A DNA stretch of 64,000 nucleotides from Gammaproteobacteria bacterium (GTDB lineage: Bacteria > Pseudomonadota > Gammaproteobacteria > UBA4575). Below the pieces are notes generated by a model. That model saw only the letters and a list, made by a program, of their open reading frames with translations, made no database searches and was not told the origin of the DNA. The stretch covers positions 5,139 through 69,138 of the forward strand of contig JABDMD010000184.1 in assembly GCA_013001685.1 (NCBI GenBank), given 5' to 3'. Both the position numbers and the translations under genes were made by a program. Positions 42,491 through 57,383 of this stretch are shown in pieces (position 1 is the first letter of the stretch; each line of letters begins with the position of its first letter).

Positions 42491-43207
42491 TTAATTTATT
42501 TTCTTTAATATTGCTGCCGCTAGCTCAAGATCTTCAGTATGAGTGATTTTTATATTATCACCGTGACCTTTAACAAGTTTAATTTTCAAACCCAAATGTT
42601 CAACGGCAGAGGCCTCATCAGTAACTTTAATATTATGCTTTACACAATGCATAAGAGCTTTTTTTAAAGTAACTAATCGAAACATTTGTGGGGTGAGTGC
42701 ACGCCAGACATTCTCACGATCAAGCGTTTTGTTTACCGTATTCATCGACCCATTCTGATTATCAACTACTTTCAGAGTATCACTAACCGGTGAAGCAAGT
42801 ATCCCACCCACATCATCTTGCTCAAGTTGCTGTATCAATAATTCTAAATCTGTATACCGCAAACAAGGTCGTGCTGCATCATGGACTAATACAAAGTCTT
42901 GATCTTCAGCTGGGGTGTTTTCTAAGTAATTAATCGCATTTTGCACAGATTCTGCTCTCGACTCTCCACCAATCACTGAATGAATTTTTTCATTCCTTGT
43001 GTTCGCTAAATGACCCCAATGCTGGTCATCAGGATGCAATGCAACAATAACACCTGTAATTTTAGGATGTTGTAAAAAATTACTTATTGCTGCTTCTATG
43101 ACGGTTGTATTATCTAAAGGAAGGTATTGTTTAGGAACTAAAGTCCCGATGCGTTCACTGCTGCCCGCCGCTGGAATAATAGCCCAATACCTAATTTTAT
43201 TGGGCAT
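42491..43207 (-). CDS. ispD: 2-C-methyl-D-erythritol 4-phosphate cytidylyltransferase
   Basis: 238 aa. AIIPAAGSSER N-terminus. Confidence 0.85.
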   Translation of the reverse strand: MPNKIRYWAIIPAAGSSERIGTLVPKQYLPLDNTTVIEAAISNFLQHPKITGVIVALHPDDQHWGHLANTRNEKIHSVIGGESRAESVQNAINYLENTPAEDQDFVLVHDAARPCLRYTDLELLIQQLEQDDVGGILASPVSDTLKVVDNQNGSMNTVNKTLDRENVWRALTPQMFRLVTLKKALMHCVKHNIKVTDEASAVEHLGLKIKLVKGHGDNIKITHTEDLELAAAILKKIN

Positions 43208-43240
43208 CAGAGATCTGTACAGGCCAAAGTATTAAGCATT

Positions 43241-43537
43241 TTATTTATTACGTGCTTTGCTAGATTCGCCTTCTACTATATGGATAAAGGTTTCATCCTT
43301 TTTAATCATGCCTAATTCGCTTCTTGCGCGCTCTTCTATCGCCTCTAGACCAGTCTTAAGATCTTCTACTTCAGCTGCCAAGACTGCATTGCGTTGTTTA
43401 ACCTGTTCATTTTTAGCCTGCTGTTCTTTCACCGTTTGTTTAAGATTAATTACGTCGCGAACACTCGCATCACCAAACCATAGTTTATATTGCATTAACA
43501 GCAATAAGACACTCATGATAATTATAATTACTTTCAC
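43241..43537 (-). CDS. ftsB: Cell division protein FtsB
   Basis: 98 aa. N-terminal transmembrane helix plus coiled coil, in the conserved eno-ftsB-ispD position. Confidence 0.7.
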   Translation of the reverse strand: MKVIIIIMSVLLLLMQYKLWFGDASVRDVINLKQTVKEQQAKNEQVKQRNAVLAAEVEDLKTGLEAIEERARSELGMIKKDETFIHIVEGESSKARNK

Positions 43538-43550
43538 GATTAACTATTGC

Positions 43551-44837
<1,287 letters not shown>

Positions 44838-44867
44838 CTAATATTTCCTATTTTATTTTAACTTTCC

Positions 44868-45707
44868 TTAAGAAATCAGATCTTGTTCAATAAAACCTGA
44901 TTTTTTTACTATCAGATCAATTTCTTTCAGTTGTTCTAGTAAAGCTTTAATATTTGAAAGTGGCCATGAGTTGGGGCCATCACTTTTAGCAGCTTCAGGG
45001 TTTGGATGGGTTTCCATAAACAAACCTGAGACACCACTAGCAATTGCCGCACGCGCTAAAACTGGCACAAACTCACGTTGCCCCCCTGAGCTACCATTAT
45101 TGCCACCTGGCAATTGTACTGAATGTGTTGCATCAAATACTACCGGACAACCCGTCTCCCTCATAATAGCCAGAGAACGCATATCCGATACTAAATTGTT
45201 ATAACCGAACGATGCACCGCGTTCACATACCATAATATTTTGGTTACCTTGTGCTTTAGCCTTTTCCACCACATGTTTCATTTCAGATGGCGATAAGAAC
45301 TGCCCTTTTTTGATATTCACAGGAATATTGCATGACGCAACTCGTTGGATAAAGTTGGTTTGACGGCATAGAAAAGCTGGGGTTTGAAAGACATCCACCA
45401 CATCGGCTACTTCTTGCATCGGTGTATCTTCATGCACATCGGTAAGCACAGGTAAACCAAACTCTTTTTTCACTTGCGAAAGAATCTGCAAACCTTTCTC
45501 GATTCCTAATCCTCTAAAACTATTTGCCGATGAACGATTGGCTTTATCAAACGAAGATTTATAGATAAATGGAATTTTTAATTGCTGCGTAATTTCTTGC
45601 AACTGACCAGCTGTGTCACGCGCTAACTCTATACTCTCGACCACACACGGTCCTGCAATCAGAAAAAAGGCCCGCTGAAGCCCTACTTCAAAATCACAAA
45701 GTTTCAT
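44868..45707 (-). CDS. kdsA: 3-deoxy-8-phosphooctulonate synthase
   Basis: 279 aa DAHP/KDO8P synthase family. The pyrG-kdsA-eno order is as in Pseudomonas. Confidence 0.9.
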   Translation of the reverse strand: MKLCDFEVGLQRAFFLIAGPCVVESIELARDTAGQLQEITQQLKIPFIYKSSFDKANRSSANSFRGLGIEKGLQILSQVKKEFGLPVLTDVHEDTPMQEVADVVDVFQTPAFLCRQTNFIQRVASCNIPVNIKKGQFLSPSEMKHVVEKAKAQGNQNIMVCERGASFGYNNLVSDMRSLAIMRETGCPVVFDATHSVQLPGGNNGSSGGQREFVPVLARAAIASGVSGLFMETHPNPEAAKSDGPNSWPLSNIKALLEQLKEIDLIVKKSGFIEQDLIS

Positions 45708-45711
45708 TGTG

Positions 45712-47421
<1,710 letters not shown>

Positions 47422-47563
47422 CTAACCCTCGCGTGCACTAAGGAATTTAGGCTGCTAAATAGTGCGGTAAGTTGTGGTGAGAATGTATTCAAGACGGGAG
47501 AAAAGCGTATCAAATGAAGCGCTTAACCACAATCTATAGATTAGATAATATAGGTTTCACAGG

Positions 47564-48847
47564 CTAAGAGGTGGTTTCACAACCTAGCCCAACATTCCAG
47601 TAACCCAATACTGAAATCAATTCATCGTTATGGAATAACAAAGGGATTCGCGCCCGTTCCCAAGGTGGAATATCCGCTTCTTGTAACAGGTTTTTCAATG
47701 ACCTATGTTGCTTATTTCCAATTGGCTTTAGACGTTCACCACCCTTTCGAAATCGAACAATCAACTCGTTAACACCATCTGGAATGGCTATATCAGCATC
47801 CACAAGCTCCTTTGGTAACAAGGTTCTATTTAAAGATTCAATAAATAACGGCTGGTCAATTTTCCATCGAATGACTTGGCTTGCATCATGCGGTTTTAAT
47901 GGCTGCATTAAATATAAGCGATTTCGAAAACGACGAATCTCACCATCTTTCCAGGTTTGCAATGGTGAAGTGTCTATTTCTTTTTTAAGCACAATATCAG
48001 AAACAATTTGCTGCAATACTTTCTTACTCGGTACGCGCATGCCATTAGACTTGATCCAGTAGCGTAAAGCATTATTTAAGCGCTCAGAACTAAGAGCTTG
48101 TAAAGCTCCTACATCCAATATTTGAGCTTGCTTAGTTCTAGCAGCTTTAATGTCCATTTCTGCAAGATCGTTCAAACAACTCAATGCGTCTGCTTGCAAA
48201 TTTGCTGACCTTGACAAGGTCCGCTGTGCGGCTGGCCAACGTTTGAGCAGCATAGGCATTACTTCATTACGTAAATAGTTTCGATCAAAATCATTGAGCT
48301 GATTTGAAGGATCATCTATCCACTGCAGATTATTTGAGCTTGCATACTCTAATAATTCTGTTCGGGAATAAGTCAGTAATGGTCGCAAATGAAACCCTAT
48401 AGACAGTTTTTTACAATCTGGCATAGCTGCAAGGCCTGCAGGTCCCGCACCACGTAATAATTGCAGTAATACGGTTTCTGCTAAATCATCTCGATGGTGC
48501 GCCGTCACAATTGCAGATTTTAAATCCAATAATTCTTCCAGCAACGCGTATCTAGCATCCCTTGCACTATTTTCGAGACTTTTTTGTGGCAGCTTGGTTA
48601 TCTGCGCATGACGAACAATAAGCGGCACGGATAAACTTTTACAAACCTCTTCACAGTGCTCTTGCCATCTGTCACTGTCTTGTTGCAAATGATGGTTTAC
48701 ATGCAAGGCATGTATAGGCAATTCCGCTGCATGCATTGCGTGCAACAAAATAGTTGAATCTACGCCGCCACTATAGGCGACATAAAATTTTTCAAGATGT
48801 TGATAGGACGAGAAAAAGCCTTGTAGAAAGGTAACAGATAAAGGCAT
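47564..48847 (-). CDS. tilS: tRNA(Ile)-lysidine synthase
   Basis: 427 aa. PP-loop SGGVDS N-terminal motif. Confidence 0.8.
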   Translation of the reverse strand: MPLSVTFLQGFFSSYQHLEKFYVAYSGGVDSTILLHAMHAAELPIHALHVNHHLQQDSDRWQEHCEEVCKSLSVPLIVRHAQITKLPQKSLENSARDARYALLEELLDLKSAIVTAHHRDDLAETVLLQLLRGAGPAGLAAMPDCKKLSIGFHLRPLLTYSRTELLEYASSNNLQWIDDPSNQLNDFDRNYLRNEVMPMLLKRWPAAQRTLSRSANLQADALSCLNDLAEMDIKAARTKQAQILDVGALQALSSERLNNALRYWIKSNGMRVPSKKVLQQIVSDIVLKKEIDTSPLQTWKDGEIRRFRNRLYLMQPLKPHDASQVIRWKIDQPLFIESLNRTLLPKELVDADIAIPDGVNELIVRFRKGGERLKPIGNKQHRSLKNLLQEADIPPWERARIPLLFHNDELISVLGYWNVGLGCETTS

Positions 48848-48886
48848 TAAACTTTTAAAGACATATCAGAATAAATCAAAACTTCA

Positions 48887-49849
48887 TTAACCAGACTCTT
48901 TAAACTCTCCATACTGTGTAAGACGTTGAAATCGGTTTGCCAATAATTGTTCAGTAGTTTGCGACTTCAATCGACCTAAAGTAGTCGCTAATGATACACG
49001 CACATTTTCACATGTGGTTTCGATGTCTCGATGCGAGCCACCAAGAGGTTCATCAATAATCTCATCGATTAAACCCAACTCCAATAAACGTGGAGCTGTG
49101 ATTCCAAGCGCGGTAGCCGCATCTTCCGCCTTGCCTGCATCTTTCCATAAAATTGATGCACAACCTTCTGGCGAGATCACAGAATATGTACTGTAACTAA
49201 GCATTGCTAAATAATCGCCAACACCGATAGCAAGCGCCCCACCTGAGCCTCCTTCGCCAATTACAGTGCAAATTATCGGCACACGTAATGAAGACATTCT
49301 CTGCAGATTAGCCGCGATTGCCTGGCTTTGACCACGTTCTTCTGCGCCAATTCCTGGATAAGCACCTGGTGTATCAATGAAGGTGAATATCGGCATTTTG
49401 AAGCGTTCAGCCAACTCCATAATGCGTAAAGCTTTGCGATATCCTTCTGGACGCGGCATGCCAAAATTTCGTTTTATATTTTCATTGGTATTGCGGCCTT
49501 TTTGCTGACCAATAATAGCTACTGAGCTCCCTTCAAACTTTGCAATGCCTGACACGATAGCCGCATCATCGGCATACATGCGATCACCATGCAATTCGCT
49601 GAAATTTGTAAAAAGCCTTTCTACATAATCTAATGTATAAGGCCGCTTTGAGTGCCTAGCCAACTGCGCTACTTGCCAAGGTGTTAAATTTGAAAAGATA
49701 GATTCGATTAAACCTTGAGACTTAGCCTGTAACTTGGTGATTTCTTCATTGAGATTGAATTCATTATCACTCTCAACTAGCCGTAACTCATCAATTTTTG
49801 CTTCGAGCTCAACTATCGGTTGTTCAAAATCAAGGTAATCAGGATTCAT
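48887..49849 (-). CDS. accA: Acetyl-CoA carboxylase carboxyltransferase alpha subunit
   Basis: 320 aa. Conserved AccA body (IDTPGAYPG..., GGSGGALA). Confidence 0.9.
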   Translation of the reverse strand: MNPDYLDFEQPIVELEAKIDELRLVESDNEFNLNEEITKLQAKSQGLIESIFSNLTPWQVAQLARHSKRPYTLDYVERLFTNFSELHGDRMYADDAAIVSGIAKFEGSSVAIIGQQKGRNTNENIKRNFGMPRPEGYRKALRIMELAERFKMPIFTFIDTPGAYPGIGAEERGQSQAIAANLQRMSSLRVPIICTVIGEGGSGGALAIGVGDYLAMLSYSTYSVISPEGCASILWKDAGKAEDAATALGITAPRLLELGLIDEIIDEPLGGSHRDIETTCENVRVSLATTLGRLKSQTTEQLLANRFQRLTQYGEFKESG

Positions 49850-49899
49850 AGGGTTTTTATTCGCCTTAACTAATCATTCTTTGTTGTAACCAAAAACGA

Positions 49900-52800
49900 T
49901 TATGCATTAATACTTTGTTTCTTGTATACGACACTTGTATTCAATACTTCAGAAACCTTGCTTAATCGCTGTAGTAATTTTTCATCCAATGAAATATTCC
50001 AATCTTCTGGAAATTTCAATTTTGTCTCAACAGAATTATTTTGATATTCGACCATAATTGAGCAATTGCCATCTTTAAATGGCAACAACAACTGCTGTAA
50101 GTCTTGCACCCATGATAAGGAATCACCCTCAGACTTTATTTTAATATTCAATAACGCACCAAATTGCTTGAGATACTCATCAAAACTCCAAACATGGTCA
50201 GCACGCATGCGCACTCTGCCCGTATATTCATCCCAACCTAAACTTCCCTTAATAATTAATATTGCATCCTTAATCAATACATGGTCAAACTTAGCATAAT
50301 CCTTCGCAAACACTGCGATATCGATACGCCCGGTATTATCATCTAAACTTAAGAACGCAATACGGCCTTTAGGACTATTACGTAAGCGTATTTGGTCCAA
50401 CAATCCAGCCACTAATATAGTTTTCGATTCGTCGTGTGCTTGCCATGATTTTTGTGGACCTAGATCATTACCTGTGGCCAACAGTTCTTTAACATTCTTA
50501 CTAGTGATCTTAGCTAATTCATCACGATAGCGCGTGATGGGATGTCCGGTTAAATACAGACCTAAAGTCTCACGTTCGCCAAGTAGCTTTTTCTCTTCTT
50601 CCCACTCAGGTACTTCTTGTACCTTGCTGCTTTTCATACTGACTTCTGCATGACCGAACATATCATTCTGTCCAGTATCATCATCACGTTGACGCTGTTC
50701 CGCAAAACGTAAAGATTTATCAAGATGCTGAAATAAACTCGCGCGGGTATAACCAAAACAATCCATCGCACCTGCGCGTATCAAAGCTTCAATACATCGT
50801 CGATTCACTTTTTGTGAACCAAGCCGCAAACAAAAATCATCCAAATCTTGAAACTCTCCATTTTCAACTCGCTCATTTACCATCTCTTCTACAGCAGCTT
50901 CTCCCACACCTTTGAGCGCGCCTAGTCCATACAAGACAATATTGTCATCTGGAACTGTGAAGTTATAGCTTGAGCTATTAATATTCGGCGACAACACATT
51001 TATATTCATGCCACGACATTCATCAATAAGATTTACAACCTTATCGGTGTTGTCAAGATCGGACGACATTACTGACGACATGAACTCAGCAGGAAAATGT
51101 GTTTTTAACCAGGCGGTTTGATACGCCAATAATGCGTAAGCTACGGAGTGCGATTTATTAAATCCATATCCAGCAAACTTTTCCATCAAATCAAAAATAT
51201 GTGTAGCAAGCTTTTGATCAACACCGCGTTCAACTGCACCACTTACAAAAATCTCACGCTGCTTGGCCATCTCCTCGGGTTTCTTTTTACCCATTGCACG
51301 ACGTAACAAATCCGCACCGCCTAATGTATAACCCGCCAGAATTTGTGCAATCTGCATCACCTGTTCTTGATACAGAATAACACCATAGGTCTCTTTTAAG
51401 ATATGCTCAATATCTGGATGAAAATAATCCACGCGTGCACCGTGTTTACGTAAAATAAAATCATCAACCATTCCAGACTGCAATGGGCCGGGGCGGTAAA
51501 GCGCAACTAGCGCAACAATTTCACCAAAGGTATCAGGCTGCAAGCGCTTAATAATATCTTTAATACCACTCGACTCTAATTGAAATACCGCGGTAGTTTG
51601 TTGGCGTTTTAAAGTTTCATAAGTGGCCTCATCATCAAGTGGCAAATCATCTATATCGATAATAGTTTGATTTAGTTGCTTTAGTTTTTCATTTACCAAT
51701 TGAATCGTATTGTCGATGATAGTAAGCGTACGCAAACCCAAGAAGTCGAACTTCACCAAGCCCATTGCTTCAACATCATCTTTATCTAATTGGGTAACAA
51801 CATTGGTACCACCTGCTTCACAATAAAGAGGAGTAAAAGCAGTTAACTCCGTAGGCGCAATTACAACACCCCCAGCATGCTTACCCGCATTTCGTGCTAA
51901 ACCTTCAAGCATCAACGCCATATCAAATATACTGCGAACATCTTCTTCGTTGTTGTATTGATCTTTTAGCATTGGCTCCGCTTTAAGCGCTTTATCTATA
52001 GTCATACCAACTTCAAAAGGAATTAGTTTAGCAATTCGATCTACAAAACCATAAGGATGACCTAGTACACGACCCACATCTCGAACCACTGCACGCGCGG
52101 CCATGGTACCGTAGGTAATAATTTGACTAACTCGAGTCCTACCATAACGCTCGGCAACATAATCAATTACGCGATCTCGGTTATCCATACAAAAATCAAT
52201 ATCGAAGTCAGGCATGGATACACGTTCTGGATTTAAGAAACGCTCGAACAGCAAATCATATTTAAGTGGATCAACATCAGTAATACCGAGAGCATATGCA
52301 ACCAATGACCCAGCACCTGAACCACGACCCGGGCCCACAGGTATAGCATTCTCTTTTGCCCAACTTGTAAAATCTGCGACGATAAGGAAATAACCTGCGT
52401 AACCCATTGAGTTGATCACCTCTAACTCAATATCCAAACGATCCTTATAGGTTTGTAAAATGGTCTGATCATTAATTTGTAGTTTTTGTAGTCGCCTTTC
52501 TAAACCCTTTTCAGACTGCTCACGCATATATTCCGGCACGGTATGCGTTTCTGGTATTGGAAATTCCGGTAAAACATTTGCGCCAAACGATAAAGTAACA
52601 TTACAACGCTTTGCAATCTCAACTGTGTTAGTAATCGCTTCTGGAATATCTTGAAAAAGCTCCACCATTTCTTCACTACTGCGAAGATATTGCTGAGGCG
52701 AATATAATTGTGGACGACGCGGATCATTCAATACTCTACTTGTCTGTATACACACACGTACTTCATGTGCATCAAATTCGTTTTGTTCTAAAAACCGCAC

Positions 52801-53397
52801 ATCATTCGTTGCTACGACAGGCAAAGAATATTTTTCCGCAAGTCTTATTGCTTGTTGATTATAGAGATCTTCTTCATCTCGACCTGTACGTTGTAATTCA
52901 ATGTAGTAATTGTCTTTAAAATGTTTTTTCCAAAATGACACATATTCAACGGCCAATTTTTTGTTGCCCGAAACAATTGCACGACCAACATCACCATCTC
53001 GCGCACCTGAAATTACAATTAAATTTTTACCAGCACCAATCAACCAATCACGCTCAAGAATTGGCCCACTACCTCTTTGCCCTTCTATATAACTTCGGGT
53101 TACCAGCTTAGTGAGCTCTTGATAGCCCTCGTTGTTTTTACACAAAAAGACAACACGAGAATTTGGTTCTTTCGCCGACAAACCAGAAATCTGCGCTTCG
53201 ACACCAATGATTGGTTTAATACCGCTTTTCAGTGCCTTTTGATAAAACTTCACCAATGCAAACAAGTTATTAAAATCAGTTAATGCGACTGAAGACATAC
53301 CTGTACTATTTAGCTGCTGCATAAGCTTAGGTACGCGAACAATACTATCTACAAGTGAGTACTCAGTGTGTAAGTGTAAATGTATAAATTGCGACAT
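49900..53397 (-). CDS. dnaE: DNA polymerase III alpha subunit
   Basis: 1165 aa. PHP domain N-terminus (HLHLHTEYSLVDS) and polymerase core. Confidence 0.9.
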   Translation of the reverse strand: MSQFIHLHLHTEYSLVDSIVRVPKLMQQLNSTGMSSVALTDFNNLFALVKFYQKALKSGIKPIIGVEAQISGLSAKEPNSRVVFLCKNNEGYQELTKLVTRSYIEGQRGSGPILERDWLIGAGKNLIVISGARDGDVGRAIVSGNKKLAVEYVSFWKKHFKDNYYIELQRTGRDEEDLYNQQAIRLAEKYSLPVVATNDVRFLEQNEFDAHEVRVCIQTSRVLNDPRRPQLYSPQQYLRSSEEMVELFQDIPEAITNTVEIAKRCNVTLSFGANVLPEFPIPETHTVPEYMREQSEKGLERRLQKLQINDQTILQTYKDRLDIELEVINSMGYAGYFLIVADFTSWAKENAIPVGPGRGSGAGSLVAYALGITDVDPLKYDLLFERFLNPERVSMPDFDIDFCMDNRDRVIDYVAERYGRTRVSQIITYGTMAARAVVRDVGRVLGHPYGFVDRIAKLIPFEVGMTIDKALKAEPMLKDQYNNEEDVRSIFDMALMLEGLARNAGKHAGGVVIAPTELTAFTPLYCEAGGTNVVTQLDKDDVEAMGLVKFDFLGLRTLTIIDNTIQLVNEKLKQLNQTIIDIDDLPLDDEATYETLKRQQTTAVFQLESSGIKDIIKRLQPDTFGEIVALVALYRPGPLQSGMVDDFILRKHGARVDYFHPDIEHILKETYGVILYQEQVMQIAQILAGYTLGGADLLRRAMGKKKPEEMAKQREIFVSGAVERGVDQKLATHIFDLMEKFAGYGFNKSHSVAYALLAYQTAWLKTHFPAEFMSSVMSSDLDNTDKVVNLIDECRGMNINVLSPNINSSSYNFTVPDDNIVLYGLGALKGVGEAAVEEMVNERVENGEFQDLDDFCLRLGSQKVNRRCIEALIRAGAMDCFGYTRASLFQHLDKSLRFAEQRQRDDDTGQNDMFGHAEVSMKSSKVQEVPEWEEEKKLLGERETLGLYLTGHPITRYRDELAKITSKNVKELLATGNDLGPQKSWQAHDESKTILVAGLLDQIRLRNSPKGRIAFLSLDDNTGRIDIAVFAKDYAKFDHVLIKDAILIIKGSLGWDEYTGRVRMRADHVWSFDEYLKQFGALLNIKIKSEGDSLSWVQDLQQLLLPFKDGNCSIMVEYQNNSVETKLKFPEDWNISLDEKLLQRLSKVSEVLNTSVVYKKQSINA

Positions 53398-53429
53398 GAT
53401 ATAAATACTAGATAGATTTATATTGCATT

Positions 53430-54017
53430 TTAAACGGTCATTGCATCTTTAACGGGTTTGTAACTTTTGCGATGTAATTTACATGGCCCATACTCTTGCA
53501 ATGCTGCAATATGCTTTGCAGTGGGATAACCTTTATGTTGATTAAAACCATAGTGTGGCAACTCTATATGGTGTGCTTCCATTTCAGTATCACGTGAAAC
53601 TTTGGCAAGTATAGATGCAGCACTGATTTCTGCAATGAGTTGATCACCCTTTACTACTGCTGTACATGGCACTTGAATAGTAGGACAGTGCAATCCATCA
53701 ACATAAACATGTGTAGCCTCTTTCTGCATTGTTATATAAGCGCGCTGCATTGCCAACAGTGTGGCCTGGTGAATATTTATTTCATCAATCTCGTCAGCAG
53801 TCGCGTAGCCTATTCCCCATGCATAAGCTTTGGATTTAATTTCATGGTATAAAAATGCGCGCTTCTTGGCAGTAAGCTTTTTCGAATCTGCTAGGCCTTC
53901 TATTAGAACACCAGGATCTAACATTACACATCCTGCGACCACAGGCCCAGCAAGGGGCCCACGACCAGCCTCGTCTATGCCTGCAATAAGATCTGTTCCA
54001 GAATTAATATTAGGCAT
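53430..54017 (-). CDS. rnhB: Ribonuclease HII
   Basis: 195 aa. GIDEAGRGPLAGPVV active-site motif. Confidence 0.85.
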   Translation of the reverse strand: MPNINSGTDLIAGIDEAGRGPLAGPVVAGCVMLDPGVLIEGLADSKKLTAKKRAFLYHEIKSKAYAWGIGYATADEIDEINIHQATLLAMQRAYITMQKEATHVYVDGLHCPTIQVPCTAVVKGDQLIAEISAASILAKVSRDTEMEAHHIELPHYGFNQHKGYPTAKHIAALQEYGPCKLHRKSYKPVKDAMTV

Positions 54018-54147
54018 TAAGTTATGTTTTCTATTCTAATTAATTTATGTGTGCGAACGGCTAAATATTGACCGATTAGTCATGGCGAACGTTATGCCTT
54101 GATATGTAAACTTCGTATACTGACCGCTTACTCAAAAGGATACCCTA

Positions 54148-55080
54148 GTGTCAGAGATACGAACAGCCGTCATAGGTGTTGGATATTTAGGCAAATTTCA
54201 TGCACAAAAATATTCGGAATTAAAAAACAGCAAGTTACTCGCTGTTGTTGATAAAAACTTTGAAAGTGCTCAAAAAGTAGCCACTGATGTGGGTTGCGAA
54301 GCTTGCACTGACTATCACGATCTACTGGGCAAAGTAGATGCAGTAAGTATTGTTGTACCGACCGACCTCCACTACGAAATAGCAGCAGACTTTCTCCAAC
54401 ACAAAGCTCATGTATTGGTCGAAAAACCAATCACCACTACCATTGAACAAGCTAATCAACTTATCGAGCTAGCCAAATCGAACGATCGCATACTACAAGT
54501 TGGTCATCTTGAACGCTTTAATCCTGCGATTCTAGCCATTGAACAACAAATCTCTGAAACTCGATTTATCGAATCCCATCGTCTTGCACCCTATAACCCT
54601 CGCGGCACAGAGGTAAGCGTTATTCTCGACTTAATGATCCATGATATTGATATCATTTTAGATATAGTGGATTCAGAAGTTAAAAAAATTGATGCTAGTG
54701 GCACACCAGTGTTATCCAATGATATTGATATCGCTAATGCACGCATTGTTTTTAGAAATGGTTGCGTTGCAAATGTCACCGCAAGCCGTGTGAGCAATAA
54801 AACAGATAGAAAAATGCGCATCTTTCAAAATGATGCTTATCTATCCGTTGATTTTCAAAATCGTGAATTAGCCACCTATAAAAAAGGTGATGGCGAGATG
54901 TATCCAGGAGTCCCTAATATTGACATTCAAAAAGACACTTTTGATAAATCTGATGCATTAAAAGCTGAAATTGATCACTTTCTTTACTGCATCGAAACTA
55001 AATCAACACCAAAAATAACTGGCCAAGATGCAAAACGCGCACTACAAACCGCAATTCAAATAAGTGAACTTTTGGCTTAA
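54148..55080 (+). CDS. Gfo/Idh/MocA NAD-dependent oxidoreductase, GnnA-like (UDP-GlcNAc 3-dehydrogenase candidate)
   Basis: 310 aa. Rossmann N-terminus AVIGVGYLGKFHAQ and EKP motif. First gene of a block translationally coupled to lpxB. Confidence 0.55.
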   Translation: MSEIRTAVIGVGYLGKFHAQKYSELKNSKLLAVVDKNFESAQKVATDVGCEACTDYHDLLGKVDAVSIVVPTDLHYEIAADFLQHKAHVLVEKPITTTIEQANQLIELAKSNDRILQVGHLERFNPAILAIEQQISETRFIESHRLAPYNPRGTEVSVILDLMIHDIDIILDIVDSEVKKIDASGTPVLSNDIDIANARIVFRNGCVANVTASRVSNKTDRKMRIFQNDAYLSVDFQNRELATYKKGDGEMYPGVPNIDIQKDTFDKSDALKAEIDHFLYCIETKSTPKITGQDAKRALQTAIQISELLA

Positions 55081-55138
55081 CTTTCCAGTTATCACTATAA
55101 TAATTAACTTACCAATTCTACTTACCTGAAAGATTCTT

Positions 55139-56227
55139 ATGATTCCCATGCTTGATCTGAAGTTGCAGTACTCAACACTGAAAAACGAAATAGATACTGC
55201 AGTTGCAGATGTATTGCAGAATACACATTTTATAATGGGTCCAAATGTAGTGCAGTTTGAGTCTGAAGCCGCACAATACTTAGGCGTGAAACATGCGATC
55301 TCATGTAATTCAGGAACTGATGCCCTTCACCTAGCACTACGTGCATGTGGTATTGGAGAAAATGATGAAGTCATCACCACGCCATTTAGCTTTGCTGCCA
55401 CAGCCGAGGCAATTTGTTATGTGGGTGCTACTCCTGTGTTCGTTGATATTGATCCCGAAACCTACAACATTTACACGCAAGCTATTAAAGCTGCAATTAC
55501 CAGCAAAACCAAAGCCATTTTACCAGTGCATATTTTCGGTCAAGCTGCAGATATGCAGGAGATTGCTAAGCTTGCAAAAGATAATAATTTAAGAATTATC
55601 GAAGATTGCGCCCAATCTTTTGGAGCTAGAATAAATAACCAGCAAACAGGTACTTTAGGCGATGCCGGTTGTTTTAGCTTTTTCCCAAGCAAGAACTTAG
55701 GATGCTATGGTGATGGCGGGCTTTTCACAACCAACTCTGATGAAATTGCAGAGCAATTTACACTGTTAAAAAGCCATGGCAGCAAAGTTCGAAATCAACA
55801 TGAAATTATTGGTTGGAATAGTCGACTCGATGAACTACAAGCAGCGATATTACGTATCAAGTTAAAACACATTGATGATTTTAATAAAAATCGAATAGCT
55901 GTAGCCAAGAAATACAACAAGTTATTATCCTCCCCCTCCATTAATACACCTTCATTTAAAGAAAACATGTCTCATGTGTTTCATCAATACACTTTACTAA
56001 GCGAAAATCGTGATGCTATTTCAGAGCAACTTAATAAAGAAAAAATTGGTCATGCAGTTTATTACCCTATGCCTCTCTCGGAGCAACCTGCATTTAATCC
56101 TATCTCACGCGCAGAAAGTCTTAATACTACACAAGATATTTGCAGTAAGTGCATATCGCTACCAATTTTCCCTGAGATGACCGACGAGCAAATAGAAAAA
56201 GTAGTAGACACTGTTAAACGTGTCTAA
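55139..56227 (+). CDS. DegT/DnrJ/EryC1 PLP-dependent sugar aminotransferase, GnnB-like
   Basis: 362 aa. DegT family pattern with a probable PLP lysine (SFFPSKNLGCYGDGG). Its 3' end overlaps the lpxB start by 8 nt. Confidence 0.55.
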   Translation: MIPMLDLKLQYSTLKNEIDTAVADVLQNTHFIMGPNVVQFESEAAQYLGVKHAISCNSGTDALHLALRACGIGENDEVITTPFSFAATAEAICYVGATPVFVDIDPETYNIYTQAIKAAITSKTKAILPVHIFGQAADMQEIAKLAKDNNLRIIEDCAQSFGARINNQQTGTLGDAGCFSFFPSKNLGCYGDGGLFTTNSDEIAEQFTLLKSHGSKVRNQHEIIGWNSRLDELQAAILRIKLKHIDDFNKNRIAVAKKYNKLLSSPSINTPSFKENMSHVFHQYTLLSENRDAISEQLNKEKIGHAVYYPMPLSEQPAFNPISRAESLNTTQDICSKCISLPIFPEMTDEQIEKVVDTVKRV

Positions 56228-57383
56228 ACAGACTGCACAAAACAACACCCCTACACTGATGATTGTAACGGGGGAAGCCTCTGGAGACCTGCACGGCGCA
56301 CATGTCGTTCGTGAAATTAAAAAACTACTTCCAGATATCGATTGTTATGGAGTTGGCGGCACGCAGATGCAGCAAGCCGGAGTTGATATTCAAACCAATG
56401 TTTCTGAGCTTTCTGTAGTTGGTTTAGTGGAGGTGCTTAAACATTACCCACGATTGCGTAAAATTCTAAGCAAAACCAAAGACACTTTAAAGCTAAAAAA
56501 ACCTGACCTATTAATCTTAATCGATTCTCCAGATTTTAATCTGCCCTTAGCTAAAGCTGCAAAACAATACGGCATCAAGATAATGTATTACATCAGCCCA
56601 CAAATTTGGGCATGGCGTAAAGGCAGGATTAAACTAATTCAGAAATATGTAGACATGATGGCTGTGGTATTTCCATTTGAAGAAAAGTTTTATCTCGATG
56701 CCGGAGTACCTGTTGAGTATGTTGGACACCCTTTAATCAAAGAAGCAAGAGCTACTATAGAAAAGAATCAATTTATTACATTAACTGGGTTAGATTCAAG
56801 CAAGAAATTGATCGGTCTTTTCCCTGGCAGCCGCGTGAGCGAAATTGAAAACAACTACCCGATCTTATTAGGTGCCGCTAATAATTTATTACAGAAAAGA
56901 CAAGATATTCAATTTATTACTCCTATCGCCACAACCTTATCTGATGACTTAATAAAAAAATACATTTTGGAAACTGACATAGAAGTTCATACCACATCAG
57001 AAAATATCTACAATGTTATTAACGCTTGTGATGCGATTGCAGCCGCATCGGGTACTGTAACTTTGCAGATCACTCTTATGCAAGTGCCGATGTTAATCGT
57101 CTATAAAATATCGCCCATTACATATCGAATTTTCAAAAGAATCGTTAAATTCACTTATGCGGGTATTGCAAATGTTATCGCTGAAAAAGAAATATCACGC
57201 GAGTTTATTCAAGCTGACGCGACATCTGAAAATGTATCAGTCGAATTAAATAAATTATTATCTGATGAACAATATATTTCTGAAATGAAAAGTAATATGC
57301 AGGATATAAGAGATATTCTAGGAGATAAGGATGGTTCAGCTACTTCAGCACGTCTTGCTGTAAAGTTAATTACAGATAAGTAA
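56220..57383 (+). CDS. lpxB: Lipid-A-disaccharide synthase
   Basis: 387 aa. GEASGD motif and ISPQIWAWR motif. Confidence 0.85.
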   Translation: MSKQTAQNNTPTLMIVTGEASGDLHGAHVVREIKKLLPDIDCYGVGGTQMQQAGVDIQTNVSELSVVGLVEVLKHYPRLRKILSKTKDTLKLKKPDLLILIDSPDFNLPLAKAAKQYGIKIMYYISPQIWAWRKGRIKLIQKYVDMMAVVFPFEEKFYLDAGVPVEYVGHPLIKEARATIEKNQFITLTGLDSSKKLIGLFPGSRVSEIENNYPILLGAANNLLQKRQDIQFITPIATTLSDDLIKKYILETDIEVHTTSENIYNVINACDAIAAASGTVTLQITLMQVPMLIVYKISPITYRIFKRIVKFTYAGIANVIAEKEISREFIQADATSENVSVELNKLLSDEQYISEMKSNMQDIRDILGDKDGSATSARLAVKLITDK